The notes below the pieces were generated by a model. It saw only the letters and a program-made list of their open reading frames with translations, did not search any database and was not told the origin of the DNA. 64,000 bases of DNA from Sphaerodactylus townsendi (lineage: Eukaryota): the NCBI RefSeq assembly GCF_021028975.2, contig NC_059426.1:19406001-19470000 (forward strand). Direction: 5' to 3'. Shown in pieces: positions 15,301-27,773 of the stretch. The position numbers and the translations under genes are program-made. Positions within the stretch are counted from its first letter, which is position 1. Every line of letters starts with the position of its first letter.

Positions 15301-18300
15301 ATACTTACCTGCATTGACAAATGGAATCCCATCATATGGGACATACTGTGATTTCCACATCAATCTTGTGGCAGGCTTTGCTGGGCTAGGAGACTGCCGT
15401 GTTCCCCATACACTCTGTGTTTGCTGTTTGTGCAGGATTAGAACACTGTCCAATTCGGTCTCACTTGAACAATAGCCACGATAAGAGTCGCCAATTTTCT
15501 GCATGGAAAGGAAGTGAAACAGGATTATTTACCAAAATAGACAGATTTTGCCAGCAAGCACAGTTTTGCTCAGGAGATCTTCCCTCCACCCACAGGCAGC
15601 CTTCCCTCTCTCGCGCGCCACTTTGCACGCCTTCCCCCTCATTTACACAACTCTGACTTATAATTCTCTTGATATGTCGAGATATCAATATACAGTGGAA
15701 CCTCAGTTTTCGTTGGTAATCCGTCCAAAAAGAATCGATGAAAACTGAAACCGATGAAAACCGAGGCAAACTTTTCCATAGGAATCAATGTAAATCCAAG
15801 TAATCTGTTCTAGGCACTCCAAAAAACATACCAAAAACACATTTTTTGGTGAATGAACATAGTATTTAATGCTGAAAACAATAACAAACAATAACACTAG
15901 GACCAGCTTCAGAGCCAGTGGACCAATGTCGCACCAGAAAGCTGTCCAAAGAGGTCTGTTTCTGACGCCTCTTTAAGATTTGTCTGAAATGGGGCAAGAC
16001 ATTGCCATTAAGCAAGTTGCAGACACAGCCTGCAACAGCTTTGTCCGGGTGACTTTTCTCCACAAACCCCTGCACCTAACTGCAAATCGATGAAAACCAA
16101 GACAAATTTTTCACTGAAAAAATAGATGAAAACTGAAACTGATGAAAACCGAAGGCAATGAAAACTGAGGTTCCACTGCAAAGAGAGTTTGGAAATAACA
16201 ACCTTTTGTCCTCTGGCAGCAGCAGCATCACCACCAGCAGGAAGTGTGGGGAGGGGCCAGGAGAGAATATCCACTCTAGGATGCTCCCCTTCTTTTGCAG
16301 CCTGTGGCACCAAAATTATGGAATTCCCTTCCCCAAAATATTTGCAGTTCTCCTTCCATGACTGTCTTCCACAACTTTTTTTCATTTCTCATTCCCTCAA
16401 TGGCCTCTCCTGCCTGTCCAACATTTTAAATGCTTTTTAAAATGCACATATTGTTTTATTTTGGTTTTTAATCGATTTTAGAACGCGTTTAAAATGTTTT
16501 AAGTGCTAGCCATCTTGGTAATCGTGCTTTGGGCCAAAAACTGGGTTATACATTTTGTAAATAAAATAAATGAATACAAACAAATATGAAGGAATGCGGC
16601 CTGTGTTGTTCTACAAACAGAAACCGCAGCCCTATTGAAAAAAAAATCTGGAGGCAAATGCTCTTTTAGAAGTTCACCATGCACATATTAATTTAAAAAA
16701 CCCAACATCTATGCAGAGTGCACATCTAGTCATCAGAAGTCTTTATCCTCTTGTTCAGGAGGTACATTCAGCAATACAAACTGTCAGCTCTGCAGTCTAT
16801 CCAGGAGTGAGTACAGATCACATGTAATCAGATACATGATTGAAGATTACCAAGAGTAAAGTCCTTGTTCTAAGAAATTCAACCCCTTTATTCTTGTTGT
16901 CTGATATGCAACAACAGTATTTGTTTCTAACAACAGAAAGGCTCTGGTATCATTCTGTTCTCACTGCAGACACATATGCTGTGGAGGGGCATCCACTGCC
17001 CCCCCCCCTTCCCACAATAAAATTGCAGGGGACTCAGTGGGTTCAGCGGGAGGACAAAACAGGGATGTCGTAGTCAGTGAACTCCACTCCACTTAACAGT
17101 CTGATTGGATCTGATTTCCTTCTAAGGAACTGAGAGAAACTCCCACAATCCAATTTTGTTTCTTTTAAAAAAAATTTTAAAATTGTATAGAATGTTTATA
17201 TATTTAACATCTATATGCGACCCCTTGCTCAGTTGGTACGGAGCTTTGGGCTGGTCTGCCATCAGTATGCTGATGACACTCAGCTCATTCTGTCGATGGA
17301 GGCGGGAGCTGTCACCGCCCCTGCAGCTCTACAGCATTGTTTGGAGGCGGTCGCTGGTTGGTTACAACAGAGCAGGTTAAAACTTAATCCATCGAAGACG
17401 GAGATCCTCTGGCTTGGCGAGGGGAGAGATTGGGGAATGTCCAGCCGCCCGGTGTGGGAGGGGGTCACATTGGCGCCAGACCTCCTCCGTTCAGCAGCCT
17501 GGGGGGTCCCACCTGGATTGAGATACTCTTTCAATGGAGACCAGAGTGTGCCCTGGCTTCCGGGTTGCCCGTTTTTCCAGCTCTGCCCGACAGAGCCCGG
17601 CTGGCTGGCTCCCTTCCTCTCCAGCAGCTGACCCTACAGCCACTGTGATCCCATGCTGGCCGGTCACCTCCGGAGCTAGACTATTGTAACTTCGCTCTAC
17701 GTGGGCCTTCCCTTGCGTCTGCAGTTCGGAAGCTAAAACTTGTCCAAAATGCAGCTGCACATCTGCTCACAGGCAGTGCCATCTGAGATCATATCCAGCC
17801 TGTGCTGCGCCAGCTGCGGTGGCTCCCAGTGGAGTTCTGAATCTATGCTGTCAAGGTGTTGGTGTTGACTGCTTTAAGCGCCTTACGCGACCCCTGGGAC
17901 CCTACGTACCCGCCGGGGACCGCATTACCCCCATATGTCCTGAGTGGAGCCTCTGCGCTCAGCAGGGGAGGCCAATTTACTGGAGGATCCCTGGCCCCCT
18001 CAATGATGTGGCTGGCCTCCACTCGGGCCAGGGTGCTTCTGACGGCTCTGGCCTACCTGGTGGAACACTCTACCACCAGCTGTCCGGGCCCTGTAGCGGG
18101 ACAGCAGGATTCCGTAGGAGACTGCAGAGACCAGATTGTTCCACCCGGGCCTTGAGAGAGACCAGCCGCTGAGGAGTGCCCTGCTTTCATCCTCCCCTGC
18201 TGTATAGGGGTCCCCCTAACATCATTCGGGACCCATCACGCTCACTTCTTTGGGAGGGTTGCATATGGGTTCGTGGGATACTGTTTTAGAATGAAAATTT

Positions 18301-21300
18301 TAAACTTTTATATATTTATGTTTATATATGCTTTTATATTGTTCACCGCCCTGAGCCCTTTGGGGATAGGGCGGTATACGAAATCAAATAATAAATAAAT
18401 AAATAAATAAAATATAACCGTTACATACCATACATTTTTCTAACTATACATTTCCCCCCTTTTTTCCCTCCCTCCCTTTCCCTCTTCTTTTTCTCTGTTG
18501 TTCAAGCAAGCAGCAGAAGATCCATTCTTCATATTCTTTTCTTCCAGAATTCTTCGTTAAATCCGGCTTCTCTCATCCAGGTCACAAACATTGTCCATAT
18601 CTTCGTAATATCTCTTAATTTCTCTTGCCATGGCATATTTTTTGCCATCATCTCAAAAATTTCTAACTGCATTTGTTCCCATACATATTTCAACCGTTTT
18701 GAGATTGTCCACTTCTTATTATCTTTCCAGCCGAATGCTATCACTGCATGTGCAGATCTAATCATAATTTTGTACATTGGTCCCAGAATTCTATTTACCC
18801 TTTTATCTTCTATTATTCCTACCATTAATAAATCATTATTTATATCGATTTTCACTTTTACTAATTGTTCTATATACTTCAAAAAAAATTCCAAAACTTT
18901 TTTTCCAGTTTTGTTTCTGTTCATCCTGTGGAGGGCGGGATGGGGGTGGGGGACGCAATTCTGAGGACATTTTCGTGACAGTATGCCCCACTGAACAAAA
19001 TAGATGGATTTCTAAGAAACTTATAATATATTCTTCTCCAGAATAGTCAAAAGGTAGGGGAGAGGAAATTAAGGCTATTTACATTCCATGATATCTGTGC
19101 AAATCTCCTTCTAACTCTCAACTTGGATCAGACAGAATTACAGAAAATAGTAAACAGTAAATCATAAGAGTATTCACCTCCTATTCTACACTGGGATTGT
19201 GAGATCAATAGTTATTTCCTGCTTACCTCACAGCTCCTGAGACGGCGAGCCCATGCAGGTGTATTTAGGGGCAATGGCTGAGGGGAAACAGAGAAAGGAT
19301 CTTCCAACACCCTGCAAAATGATACAAAAATGGATAGACAACCAAACTAAACCTGGATAGCCAGTCCAAACATATTTAACACAAACATGCACAATATCAC
19401 TGATTTATCAGTTACAATGTTTGGAACAGATATTTCTAAGACAAATTAATCTGTAAAGAATCAGGCTGCCAAAATTACAGATGCTGTCATTTCAAAAAAC
19501 CTGTCTATTTTGTTCAAATTATTAAAATGGGGTGGAGAACGAGACTGAGGAAAGGGGAGAATGGGAGGTTGGATAACAGGCAAGAGGTTATTGTGGATAG
19601 CTTTTTTTAAAAGTTGTTTATTGAAGAGTTTTATATATGGGATTTGAATAATTTAAAAATACATATTCTAATGTGAAAAAAGAAAGTTATTGTGATAACA
19701 TAATTATAGTTTGAGTCCTGTTTATTTGGGCAATCATTTAATAGTCTCAAACTGGCAAAGGGATTGTTCTGTTGTATTTATTTTATAAAAGCCATTTTAG
19801 AAGTTAAGAGCCTTTAGAAAAGGGTAGAATAAGACTCAAAGTCAGTCAGTTTTGAGACTGCTTTGTAAACACCACAGACAAAGTCTGAGGTTAGCAGACC
19901 CCTATACTGGTGTTTCGGTTTAACAGGAACGGGGGAGGGGGGGGACAGGGGATGGGGGACGGACTAGTTGCTATCAGAGCTTGCCTATCCCAAGAATCGT
20001 CCTGCCAAATACCCAGCCATCAAAGTTTTATGACTCTCCCCGCTAAAGACAATAAAATGACCAGATCACACACTGGCTGTATTTGAAAGGTAGAAGGCAA
20101 CTGAGACTTGATGCTAGAGTGTCCCTTCCTAAAGTGACCAAGGGGTGCCGGGAGGAGGGCAGAAGAAGTAAATGTTCTGGACATGAGGGGAAGAGGGGAT
20201 ATTTTGGCAAATTCCATCTTGGAACAATCTGAAGGAAGGAACTGTCACAAAGCTGCATTTTGGATGGAAGCCGTCACCACGTGGAGAAAGGGCAGGAAGC
20301 CCAGACTAGGATTCCACGGAAGTCCTTGTTACCAGACAGGCCCATAGTGGGTGGGTGGGAGCCTTGCTTTCGAAGCAGTGCACCTGTCTATTCTGCCAAC
20401 CTTTTAGGGTGGCCTAGGAAGGCAGTGCCAAGATGGAACGCCATCCTCTGCATTGGCTCAGTGTCACCCATAAGGACAGAAAAACCTGCTTGGACCAGCC
20501 CGCACCAATATCAGGCTTGCAAAATAACTTGCCTCACCTTTTCCCAAAGAGAGTAGGAAAAGACAATGCTTTCAGCCTAAAAAGCCAGTTCCCAGCTCCA
20601 GCCCTGACTCACATGTCCTGTGAGAAAAAGGATTTTGGGCCTTTGGAGAAGCTGGCCGCTGATGGCGCCCCCTCCTTCCCTTTTTATAATCTGCGGCCTT
20701 TTACATCTTGGGCCTTTCCGTTCCCTCCTCAGAGGGACTTTTAGATTGCTGGACACAATGTTTTGTGTGCTGTTTTAAGTGGTTTTAATGTGAAATTTAG
20801 AGCCCTAATTTTATTATATTGTATGTATTTATTGAATGTGCTCTTCTTGTTATTTTAGATTATATCAGTTGTTGTACACCGCCCAGAGCCCTTTGGGGGT
20901 GGGTGGTATAGAAGTCGAATAAACAAACAAACAAACAAACAAAATACTAATCTCATCTTCTAGTTTCTGACTACCCCTCACCCTTACAATGGTAATTAAC
21001 TTTTAATCTATGTATTAATTAATGTAAATATTGAGTTGATGGTGATGATTGACTGTAAGATGGGTTTTTATACTGGTCGTTGACCATAAATAAATTATTC
21101 TAGTAATCCAATTGGAAACCAACTGGAAACCAGATTGATGCCAGCAAAAAATATTAAGACTAACCCCTCCAAAGGCCACCCTCACTTGCAATTGGCATTG
21201 CCCTGAAGCTGTAATTTTATCAGCTTTACCCTAAAAGCTTTCTAGAGTGGGGGAATTAGCAAGGGCAGACCTGGTTAGCTTTACCCTAAAAGCTAACCAG

Positions 21301-24300
21301 GTCTGCCCTTGCAAATTCCCCCGCTCTAGAAAGGGGCAGACCCCTCCATTTCGAGTAACAATGGGGAACTTCTAAAACTACTGCAACAACATAGCAAAAT
21401 AGATTTAGATTACAATCAGCTACAACAGGGGCAGAGGACTGCATATTTACACCTTTCCTTTAAGTTCTTGCTCTGTCACTCCACAGCATATGTGTGTCGA
21501 CATTTTCTTCTTAAAATTATTTATGTTATAAGTGCGAGTAGTTATTCTCCCTATCATCAGAGGCGTAGCTGGGCCAAATTGCGCCCAGTAGGCCTTCTAT
21601 ATTTTCCACCCCCCATGGCGCCCCCCCTTAACCCCCTTACCTCAGTTCCTTTCCTTTTTCAGAACTTCTTCGGGCTGCAATAGGCCTGTTCTCAGTAAAA
21701 ATGGCCTGATGGGAACTATACTTTCCGGGACACCTTGTGAGCCCCACAGTCTCCTGGGAACTGTACTTCCTCAGGCCGTTTTTACTGCGAACAGGCCTTT
21801 TGCAGCCTGAAAAAGTTCTGAAAAAAAGAAGGGAACAAAGGTAAGTGTGGGAAGGTGGGGCGCCGCGGGGGGGAAAGGCAGAGGGGCCTGGGGGCGATTT
21901 TCGCGCCCCCAGGCATGCGCCCGGTGCACAGCGCACCCCCTGTCCCCTTGTGGCTTTGCCACTGCCTACCACATAGGATCCTCCCACACATGCAGAATGA
22001 TGCACTTTCAACCCACTTTCAATGCACTTTGCAGCTGGATTTTACCGTGTAGAATAGCAAAATCCACTTGCAAACAATTGTGACAGTGGATTGAAAATAC
22101 ATTATATGGCATAATGTCCAGAGGCAGCCAGAGATGAAAGATCTAGCAGGAGCATGAAACTGACAAGACTGGGCTTGAAACTGACCAGGATCAGAGTTTG
22201 GGTGTGGTGGACAGCCTGAGCCCCTGAAACTGACCAGCTGGTAGTGAGGGTACCAACCCTCTGTGAATCGAGCAGGCTTTGAAGAGTGACTGGGTTGCTT
22301 AGGATAACTTGTGAGCTCTCAGACCCCTTGGAGGGCGAACTGGGAGAGGTCAACAAGACCATTTCCCAAGACCTAACAATAATTACCTACCTGGTGGTTG
22401 CCTTTTTTGATACTGTGAGAGACGCTTCAGGATGAAAGACATAACTGCTTGTATTGTCTGCTATAGCAGCCACTGCCACAGTCTGCAAATTCCCAGCGCA
22501 GTTTTTCTCCTGTGAAACATCTGGCGGGGGGAAATGAAACAAATTTTCCTCATTAATAAATGTACAACAATTCAGGAACACTTGTGATGAATCTGAATAA
22601 TGGATACAATTGGCCAGACCTTCAAAAATACAGATGAGTTCTTAGTTGCAGACAGCCTCTTATCAGGAGTTCTGTTCTAATCAGGTCAGATAACAGAGGA
22701 CAGATGTTGGACAGGGAAATATGCCCAGCTCTAATCACCTCATCCCCACAATCTTGTTCAAAAGGGGCTTGGAAAGGCTAGCATACAATTCTTCACCTGT
22801 TTCTATAATGTGTTACAGTAGAGAGGCAGAAATCCCAGGTCACAGGAGGAAAAGAACAAGATCCCATTCCAGTTTATGCCAAGTACCATTAACCATTCAG
22901 ACTTCCCACCTTGCAGAAACAACCTCTGTACACCCAGAAGCACAGAGCCTTGCCCCCAGAAAGAGAAAGGGAAGCAATCCCTCCCTAATCACTACCTACA
23001 CCAAGTAAGTTAAAAGAAGGAAGTCACACAGAAGCAGAAAAATTTGGGTCATACATGTACAGGAATATCTGAGGGGGTTAAGGTTTTTTCCCAGTTTGTT
23101 TTATTTTGCTTTGAGTTTCAGAAAGAAAGGCAGACAGTAACAGCCCCATCCAGACTCTGAGGTGGAGGGACGTGGCTACCATGCTGCCCTGCTGTCTCCT
23201 GAGAGCGTTTGGCTGGCACAGAGAGGCGAGAGCAGCAACAAACCTCACTGGTCAGCTGAAAGTGGCCTACCACGCCACTCAGATAAGAATGGAGTTTTTG
23301 TCCAGTGCAAGAACTTTCTATTGGAGGATTGGTCTTTTCTACTAGACAAGACTGTGCACTGAAGCTGAGAGAAATTGTATTTTTATTTTACTTATTTAAT
23401 AAAAACATTATTTCATCTTTCTGTCCTCATAGGGTTGCTAAGGCAGATAACAAATTAAAACATACATAATAAAATATCACCTTGGGGTGCAACTCACTGT
23501 GCTTAATTAGTAATATATTCTTCCGATTTTGAAGTAAGTTCGATTATGAAGTTTGAACTTACTTCTATATAGTACACTGAAATAGTGAAATGAGGTTCAA
23601 ATCTCCCAAGCACAATTCCTTTACCTCCAGAGCTGCTGACATCCAAAAGCTGACCTTGGGGAATAATCAATTGTGCAATTCCTGGCTGAGAAGAAGGAAC
23701 AACATGGAGCACTTGGCCATTTTCAGAATGGCTGGCGACAATCATCTTGGAAACAAACAAAGAAGGTTTGTGAGAATGATGACTAACTAGGATTGAATTT
23801 ACTGATTGGTATACCTATCACAACAATCTATTTGGAACATGGAAGTATAAACAATTATTAATCTTTCAGCAGTGGCGGGGGGAATGGTGCCCGTGGCACA
23901 ATGGCGCCCACCCCCTGCACAGCCCACCCCACACTTACCTTAGTTCAGCTGGCTGCTCTTTACAGCTGTCTGAACTCCAGGCTGCTCCGGGCTGCCCCTC
24001 AAGTGGCCCCGCCCTTACCTTAGTTCAGCTGGCTGCTCTCTGCAGCCGGCTGGACCCCAGGCTGCAAAAAGCAGTTGGCTGAACTCCAGGCTGCTCTGGG
24101 CTTCTGCTGGGCCTGGCAGGGCAGGGGAAGGGTATGGGAGCCAATTTTCTGTCCCCCATGTGACCCCAATGGTGCGGCCCTGAGGCGCAGTTCCCCCCTC
24201 CCTGGTCCCATGGCAGCTACACCACTGCCTTTCAGCCCCATCCAAGCAGCCAGGCAGCTAGCTGCATGCCCCCCCCCCCCCCGAGAGGATTCTCGGCAGC

Positions 24301-27300
24301 GTGGGGAGGCTTGCAAAGAGGAAAAACCTCCCTACCATTGTAAAGTCTTTATGGGGATCTATAGACATGTACTGCCTTTTTGGTGGTTTAAACCTAAACT
24401 CACCACTGCTGGTGTAAGATGGTGAATGGCTGGGATGGAGCCAATTAGTCAGCTCCTTCCCCAGCCACACCCCTGGACCACCCCCACTGTGGCAGGGACA
24501 TTGTTGCAGCATCCTGTGCTGCGTCCCACCACTGGGGAGGGCAGTGGTGGCCACACACCGTCACTTTCACTGCTCCACTGAGGTAAGGGCCCTGGAGAGG
24601 GCAAATCTGCCAGAGTGGCCAAGCACTGCTCCCACAGGTGGATTCGCCTCCTTACTTTAGAAGGGATTGTTTATGTACTAACTGTTGGAAATCAGAGATT
24701 ATTTAGGCTGAACAGAATTTAATGCATATATTATATTGTATCGCCTCATACGACGAGTTACATTATCTTAAGTCACTGTAAAACATTTAACAACATGAAA
24801 TTACAGAGAATAATCCACAGCTTTGTTTGGAACACCAATAACACTGGTATAAAAAATATGGCTGTACACAAACTATCTTAGAAGGAAATTGTCCAGATTA
24901 TTAGCTACCGTAGTTACACTGCAAAACTCTTCCTTGGAAATAAGCTCCAGCGAATAGACCTGCTTAGGGCTGCATGCCTTAACTGAAACATCACTGAAAA
25001 TTCATCAGAGCACAGCAGATGAAAACGGGAAGGAGAGAAGAAGCAAAGAGAGGAAGTCAGAGCAAAGATTCATTTCAGCTGAAAGAAGCCAGTTTGAAAT
25101 TACAGGTTCATTTATATTTTATAAAAAAAATTAGAAACTGCTGAGCTCCAGGCCCAAATACAAAAGAGAAACAAGAGCTTAGTAAGGTTCATTTGTTGAT
25201 GGAAAATGCTTGTACCGCTCTCCCAACTATCCAAAGGATATTAAGAGAACAATCCCAAGAAAGTCTACTCAGAATACTATTCTGGTCTATTCTGGACTTA
25301 CCTCTAGGAAATTGCGGTTAGAGTTGCTCTGTACATGTACATGTTTTCCTTCACAGAGTAGCCAAACAAATCCTTAACACGCTTCATATCAGACTATGAG
25401 TCGGTTGGCTTATGAAATCGGCTTATGGAATATTAGCTGATTTATCATTTGATCAATTTTTAAAAAATGCGTATTACCAAGCCTGAATATAAATTCCTTC
25501 TAAACATACCGCTGCTTTATGACACATTAAGACTAATACATTTTTATTCCACCCTACTTCCTTTAGATACATGGAATAAAACTTTGCCTTGAAGCTGTCG
25601 CAAAATTCTAGGGAGTTTTTCAGTGTGATGTACTATAATGGTATGTGGAAGGAACAGTTAAGAATTCAATAAGCAAGAAATCCCATCGATTGTTAGAAAG
25701 GGCAGCCATGACCACCCCCATTCCCCAGGCTAATCCTTCCACTCTAGGATACAAATGCATTTCACTCTAGGATACAAATGCATCTTAACAGCTGGGTGTT
25801 TCAAGATGTGCTCACCATGTGAGAACCAGGCCCCTCCATGGATTGTACTTCATAAAGGGAATGGCAGTTTTGATCTACAAGTTGAAAATCTTCCACAGGA
25901 GAGGGAGGTGGCTGGCATAGCTGTGTTTGTGCATTTGGTGGTGGAGAAGCATCGTCTGTGGCTGGCAGAACTCCATGAGATGCATTCTGTCCAAATGATG
26001 CACTCTTGCTTTCCATACATGTTAGATGCTGGCACAGAGAAAGTATATTTTACATTCTTTCCAGACATTTAGTTCAACCATTTTTAAACAAAACACCATA
26101 CTTTCTTATTCTTTTAGGATAGGAAGTCTCAAGCTAAACATGTTTTTACCAGCTAGAGTAGGAAATCAAAATTTCTGTTAATCTTCATAACAAAGAAATC
26201 TTGCATAAAGATGAAAGAAGCTCGAGTCAATGAAGAAATATGGGAGAAGAGGCTACAGAGAATGAACTTACTGCTGTTTGAGTGACAAAACTATGAAGAA
26301 GAAGAAGTAATGGGGGGAGGGAGAAAAGGGGGGGAAAAGTATTGTTTGAAAATGCATGAAGAAGGAAATTAAGACAAACTGTAAAATTCAAATGATACAA
26401 TAAAAATTATTTTAAAAAAATAAATCTTGCATAAAGCAACTGCACTGTATTAAGTCCTGCTTACTCACAATTTCAGTTTGTGTTTCCACTTTTATAGGTA
26501 CTGAATGCTAGTGAATGATTTCTATGCAAAATGCCACCAGACATCAAGGCTTTCTGGAAGCTCTACTTTTTATCCCCAGTGTATTAATTTGATATAGTAT
26601 ATTTTTATTAAATTAAATTGAAATTAAAAAAACCCAGTGTATTAATTTGAACCATAATGACTCCTTGGTAAATTAAACATGGGCGTCATTTGTATGTTTT
26701 ATCGCCATCTGTTTTACTAGGCGGTGGGGTTTTTTAATGGGTTGTTGCTGTTTTAATTGTTTAACCCATTTTTGTGGTTTTATACTGTTTTATACACTGT
26801 TGTTTGCTACCCTGAGGGTGGCATCTTGCTACCCTGAGGGTGGCACCCACCTTGGGGGAGGGTGGGGTATAAATACAATAAATAAATGATTTGATCACAG
26901 GCATTGGATTATTTAAAAAAATAGTAAAGATGTAATCGATGGAACCCAATATCCTTTGAATTTTAACGCAGAACTTTCCACTATGATTCTGAGAATGTTA
27001 TGTCTTACAGTGCAATCAGAAACACAGTTACACTCGTCAGCTGAAGTCAGAAAGATGCAGCTCTGATTCCGATGGCATTGCTGATCAGATATACGACTGA
27101 ACTTTTTAAAAAACAAATTGTGTGTGTGCACAAAATGAGAGGCTTCTAGCTCCAGAATAACAGGCTTCAACTCGTTCTGAATAACATGGCTTCAACATGG
27201 CTATATTCCAGTTTTACTGAAGCAGTTTCAGTGATGGACTGACTGAATATAAACATATTTGGGTTAAATAACTATGGCAAACAACAAATCTTTTTTTATT

Positions 27301-27773
27301 TAAGAACAGAAAGTTGGATTCTGCCAACTTTTCCCACTCAATCTTACCTAATTCCCTGCCTTACTATAGCCCCTGTTTGATATGTCTTTTGTCCTTGCCA
27401 ATCCCACAATCCCCACCAAAGCCTTTTTGGTGGTCCAAGCAGACTCTCCTCTCTCTTTTTTCTCCAATGGAAAAGCTGGTTGGATCCAACCCAGAAAGTT
27501 ATATGTAAACCTGCCAATAAGATGTTAATCCTGAGTTCGTTAATTGGTCCATTTTCAAATACAGGGAATCTGAAAAAGCAGTTCTTTGAAAAGCAGTTCA
27601 TGCACTTGAAGGTCTGAAAAAAAAATGTAGTCACTGCAAACAGGTCATAACTACATTCTTACCTGGAATACCTGGCTGCCACTTTCCAATTCTTCCGCAT
27701 TATTAGAGCTGACTACCAAGTAATCATTGCCTCTTTCCATGTTATTATCACTGTCAACTCCATTTTTTTCCAT
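2818..27773 (-). CDS. CARF: Calcium-responsive transcription factor (CARF/ALS2CR8), spliced CDS of 14 coding exons, 2163 nt, about 720 aa
   Basis: Exon translations match recalled CARF ([10 protein letters not shown]...[20 protein letters not shown]; [14 protein letters not shown]; [32 protein letters not shown]). All introns are GT-AG and the phases join into one open frame. Head-to-head with WDR12 as in mammals. Confidence 0.96.
3160..3555 (+). mobile_element. Old L1-like 3' fragment
   Basis: A-rich; [15 protein letters not shown] resembles an L1 ORF2 C-terminus. Confidence 0.45.
3945..4125. repeat. Degenerate (AAGT/AGAGT)n simple repeat
   Basis: Read directly. Confidence 0.85.
4598..4946 (-). 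CDS. CARF: CARF coding exon 13 (ELQLQP...VHQILLRD...DNHPAVS)
   Basis: CAG/GTAAGT, 349 nt. Confidence 0.88.
5405..5662. mobile_element. Tc1/mariner-type MITE
   Basis: TA-CCGTGTTTCTCCAAAAATAAGAC ... GTCTTATTTTCAGAGAAACAAGG-TA. Confidence 0.8.
5720..5935 (+). mobile_element. Older tRNA-derived SINE
   Basis: GGTTCAAATC B box; GGTGACTTTGGGC and CAGGGTTGTTGTGAG core. Confidence 0.6.
6336..6454 (-). CDS. CARF: CARF coding exon 12 ([16 protein letters not shown]...FAQLK)
   Basis: TAG/GTACCA, 119 nt. Confidence 0.9.
8520..8595 (-). CDS. CARF: CARF coding exon 11 ([20 protein letters not shown]...)
   Basis: CAG/GTAAGA, 76 nt. Confidence 0.93.
10025..10187 (-). CDS. CARF: CARF coding exon 10 ([17 protein letters not shown]...VPAM)
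   Basis: CAG/GTAATA, 163 nt. Confidence 0.96.
10980..11207 (-). CDS. CARF: CARF coding exon 9 ([14 protein letters not shown]...RKQL)
   Basis: CAG/GTGAGG, 228 nt. Confidence 0.96.
12321..12395. repeat. (ATT)25 microsatellite
   Basis: Perfect trinucleotide run, 22 bp from the CARF exon 8 donor. Confidence 0.98.
12418..12561 (-). CDS. CARF: CARF coding exon 8 ([17 protein letters not shown]...GGVL)
   Basis: TAG/GTAATT, 144 nt. Confidence 0.96.
13436..13860 (-). mobile_element. L2 LINE 3' fragment (older, deleted)
   Basis: [18 protein letters not shown] homology and L2-type tail. Confidence 0.7.
15041..15161 (-). CDS. CARF: CARF coding exon 7 ([17 protein letters not shown]...KATCPA)
   Basis: CAG/GTAAGC, 121 nt. 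Confidence 0.96.
15309..15498 (-). CDS. CARF: CARF coding exon 6 ([10 protein letters not shown]...PFVNA)
   Basis: Near-identical to the recalled CARF conserved region; CAG/GTAAGT, 190 nt. Confidence 0.97.
15693..16178. mobile_element. Tc1/mariner (pogo/Tigger-like) non-autonomous transposon
   Basis: TIRs CAGTGGAACCTCAGTTTTC / GAAAACTGAGGTTCCACTG with TA on the left flank; transposase C-terminal remnant [16 protein letters not shown]. Confidence 0.85.
17201..18410 (+). mobile_element. 5'-truncated L2-clade LINE (RT C-terminal part and 3' tail), frameshifted
   Basis: FNIYMRPL...HQYADDTQL...LKLNPSKTE motifs; CGCCCTGAGCCC...GGGCGGTAT end with (TAAA)n tail. Confidence 0.9.
18420..18925 (-). mobile_element. 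L1-clade LINE 3' fragment (ORF2 C-terminus and UTR)
   Basis: A-rich ORF ...[10 protein letters not shown]...KIWTMFVTW; similar to the insert at 26211-26421. Confidence 0.7.
19227..19311 (-). CDS. CARF: CARF coding exon 5 (VLEDPF...[13 protein letters not shown])
   Basis: CAG acceptor, GTAAGC donor, 85 nt; too short for the ORF track. Confidence 0.92.
20648..20945 (+). mobile_element. L2 3' UTR fragment with (AAAC)n tail
   Basis: GCCGCTGA...CACCGCCCAGAGCCC end, shared with the other L2 copies. Confidence 0.7.
21238..21333. repeat. 45-bp inverted repeat with 6-nt loop
   Basis: Arms match at 43 of 45 positions. Confidence 0.92.
21561..21965. mobile_element. GC-rich non-autonomous DNA transposon with internal palindrome
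   Basis: GAGGCGTAGCT start and GGCTTTGCCACTG end; inverted internal arms; related pieces at about 535-787 and 23870-24320. Confidence 0.55.
22391..22520 (-). CDS. CARF: CARF coding exon 4 (DVSQEKN...[11 protein letters not shown]...)
   Basis: CAG acceptor, GTAGGT donor, 130 nt. Confidence 0.9.
23625..23745 (-). CDS. CARF: CARF coding exon 3 ([16 protein letters not shown]...)
   Basis: AAG acceptor, GTAAAG donor, 121 nt. Confidence 0.92.
25816..26028 (-). CDS. CARF: CARF coding exon 2 ([15 protein letters not shown]...GSHM)
   Basis: CAG acceptor, GTGAG donor, 213 nt, phase 0-0; resembles HLICMDSRDSSFGQN. Confidence 0.9.
26211..26421 (+). mobile_element. Short 5'-truncated L1 insertion with 15-bp TSD
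   Basis: AAATCTTGCATAAAG at 26196-26210 and 26422-26436; AATAAA followed by an A-rich tail. Confidence 0.85.
27663..27773 (-). CDS. CARF: CARF coding exon 1 ([18 protein letters not shown]...SQVFQ)
   Basis: Acceptor TTTTCTAG ends at 27785. In-frame ATGs at 27773 and 27740; the second matches the human start MEQSNDS. Donor GTAAG at 27662. Confidence 0.85.
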
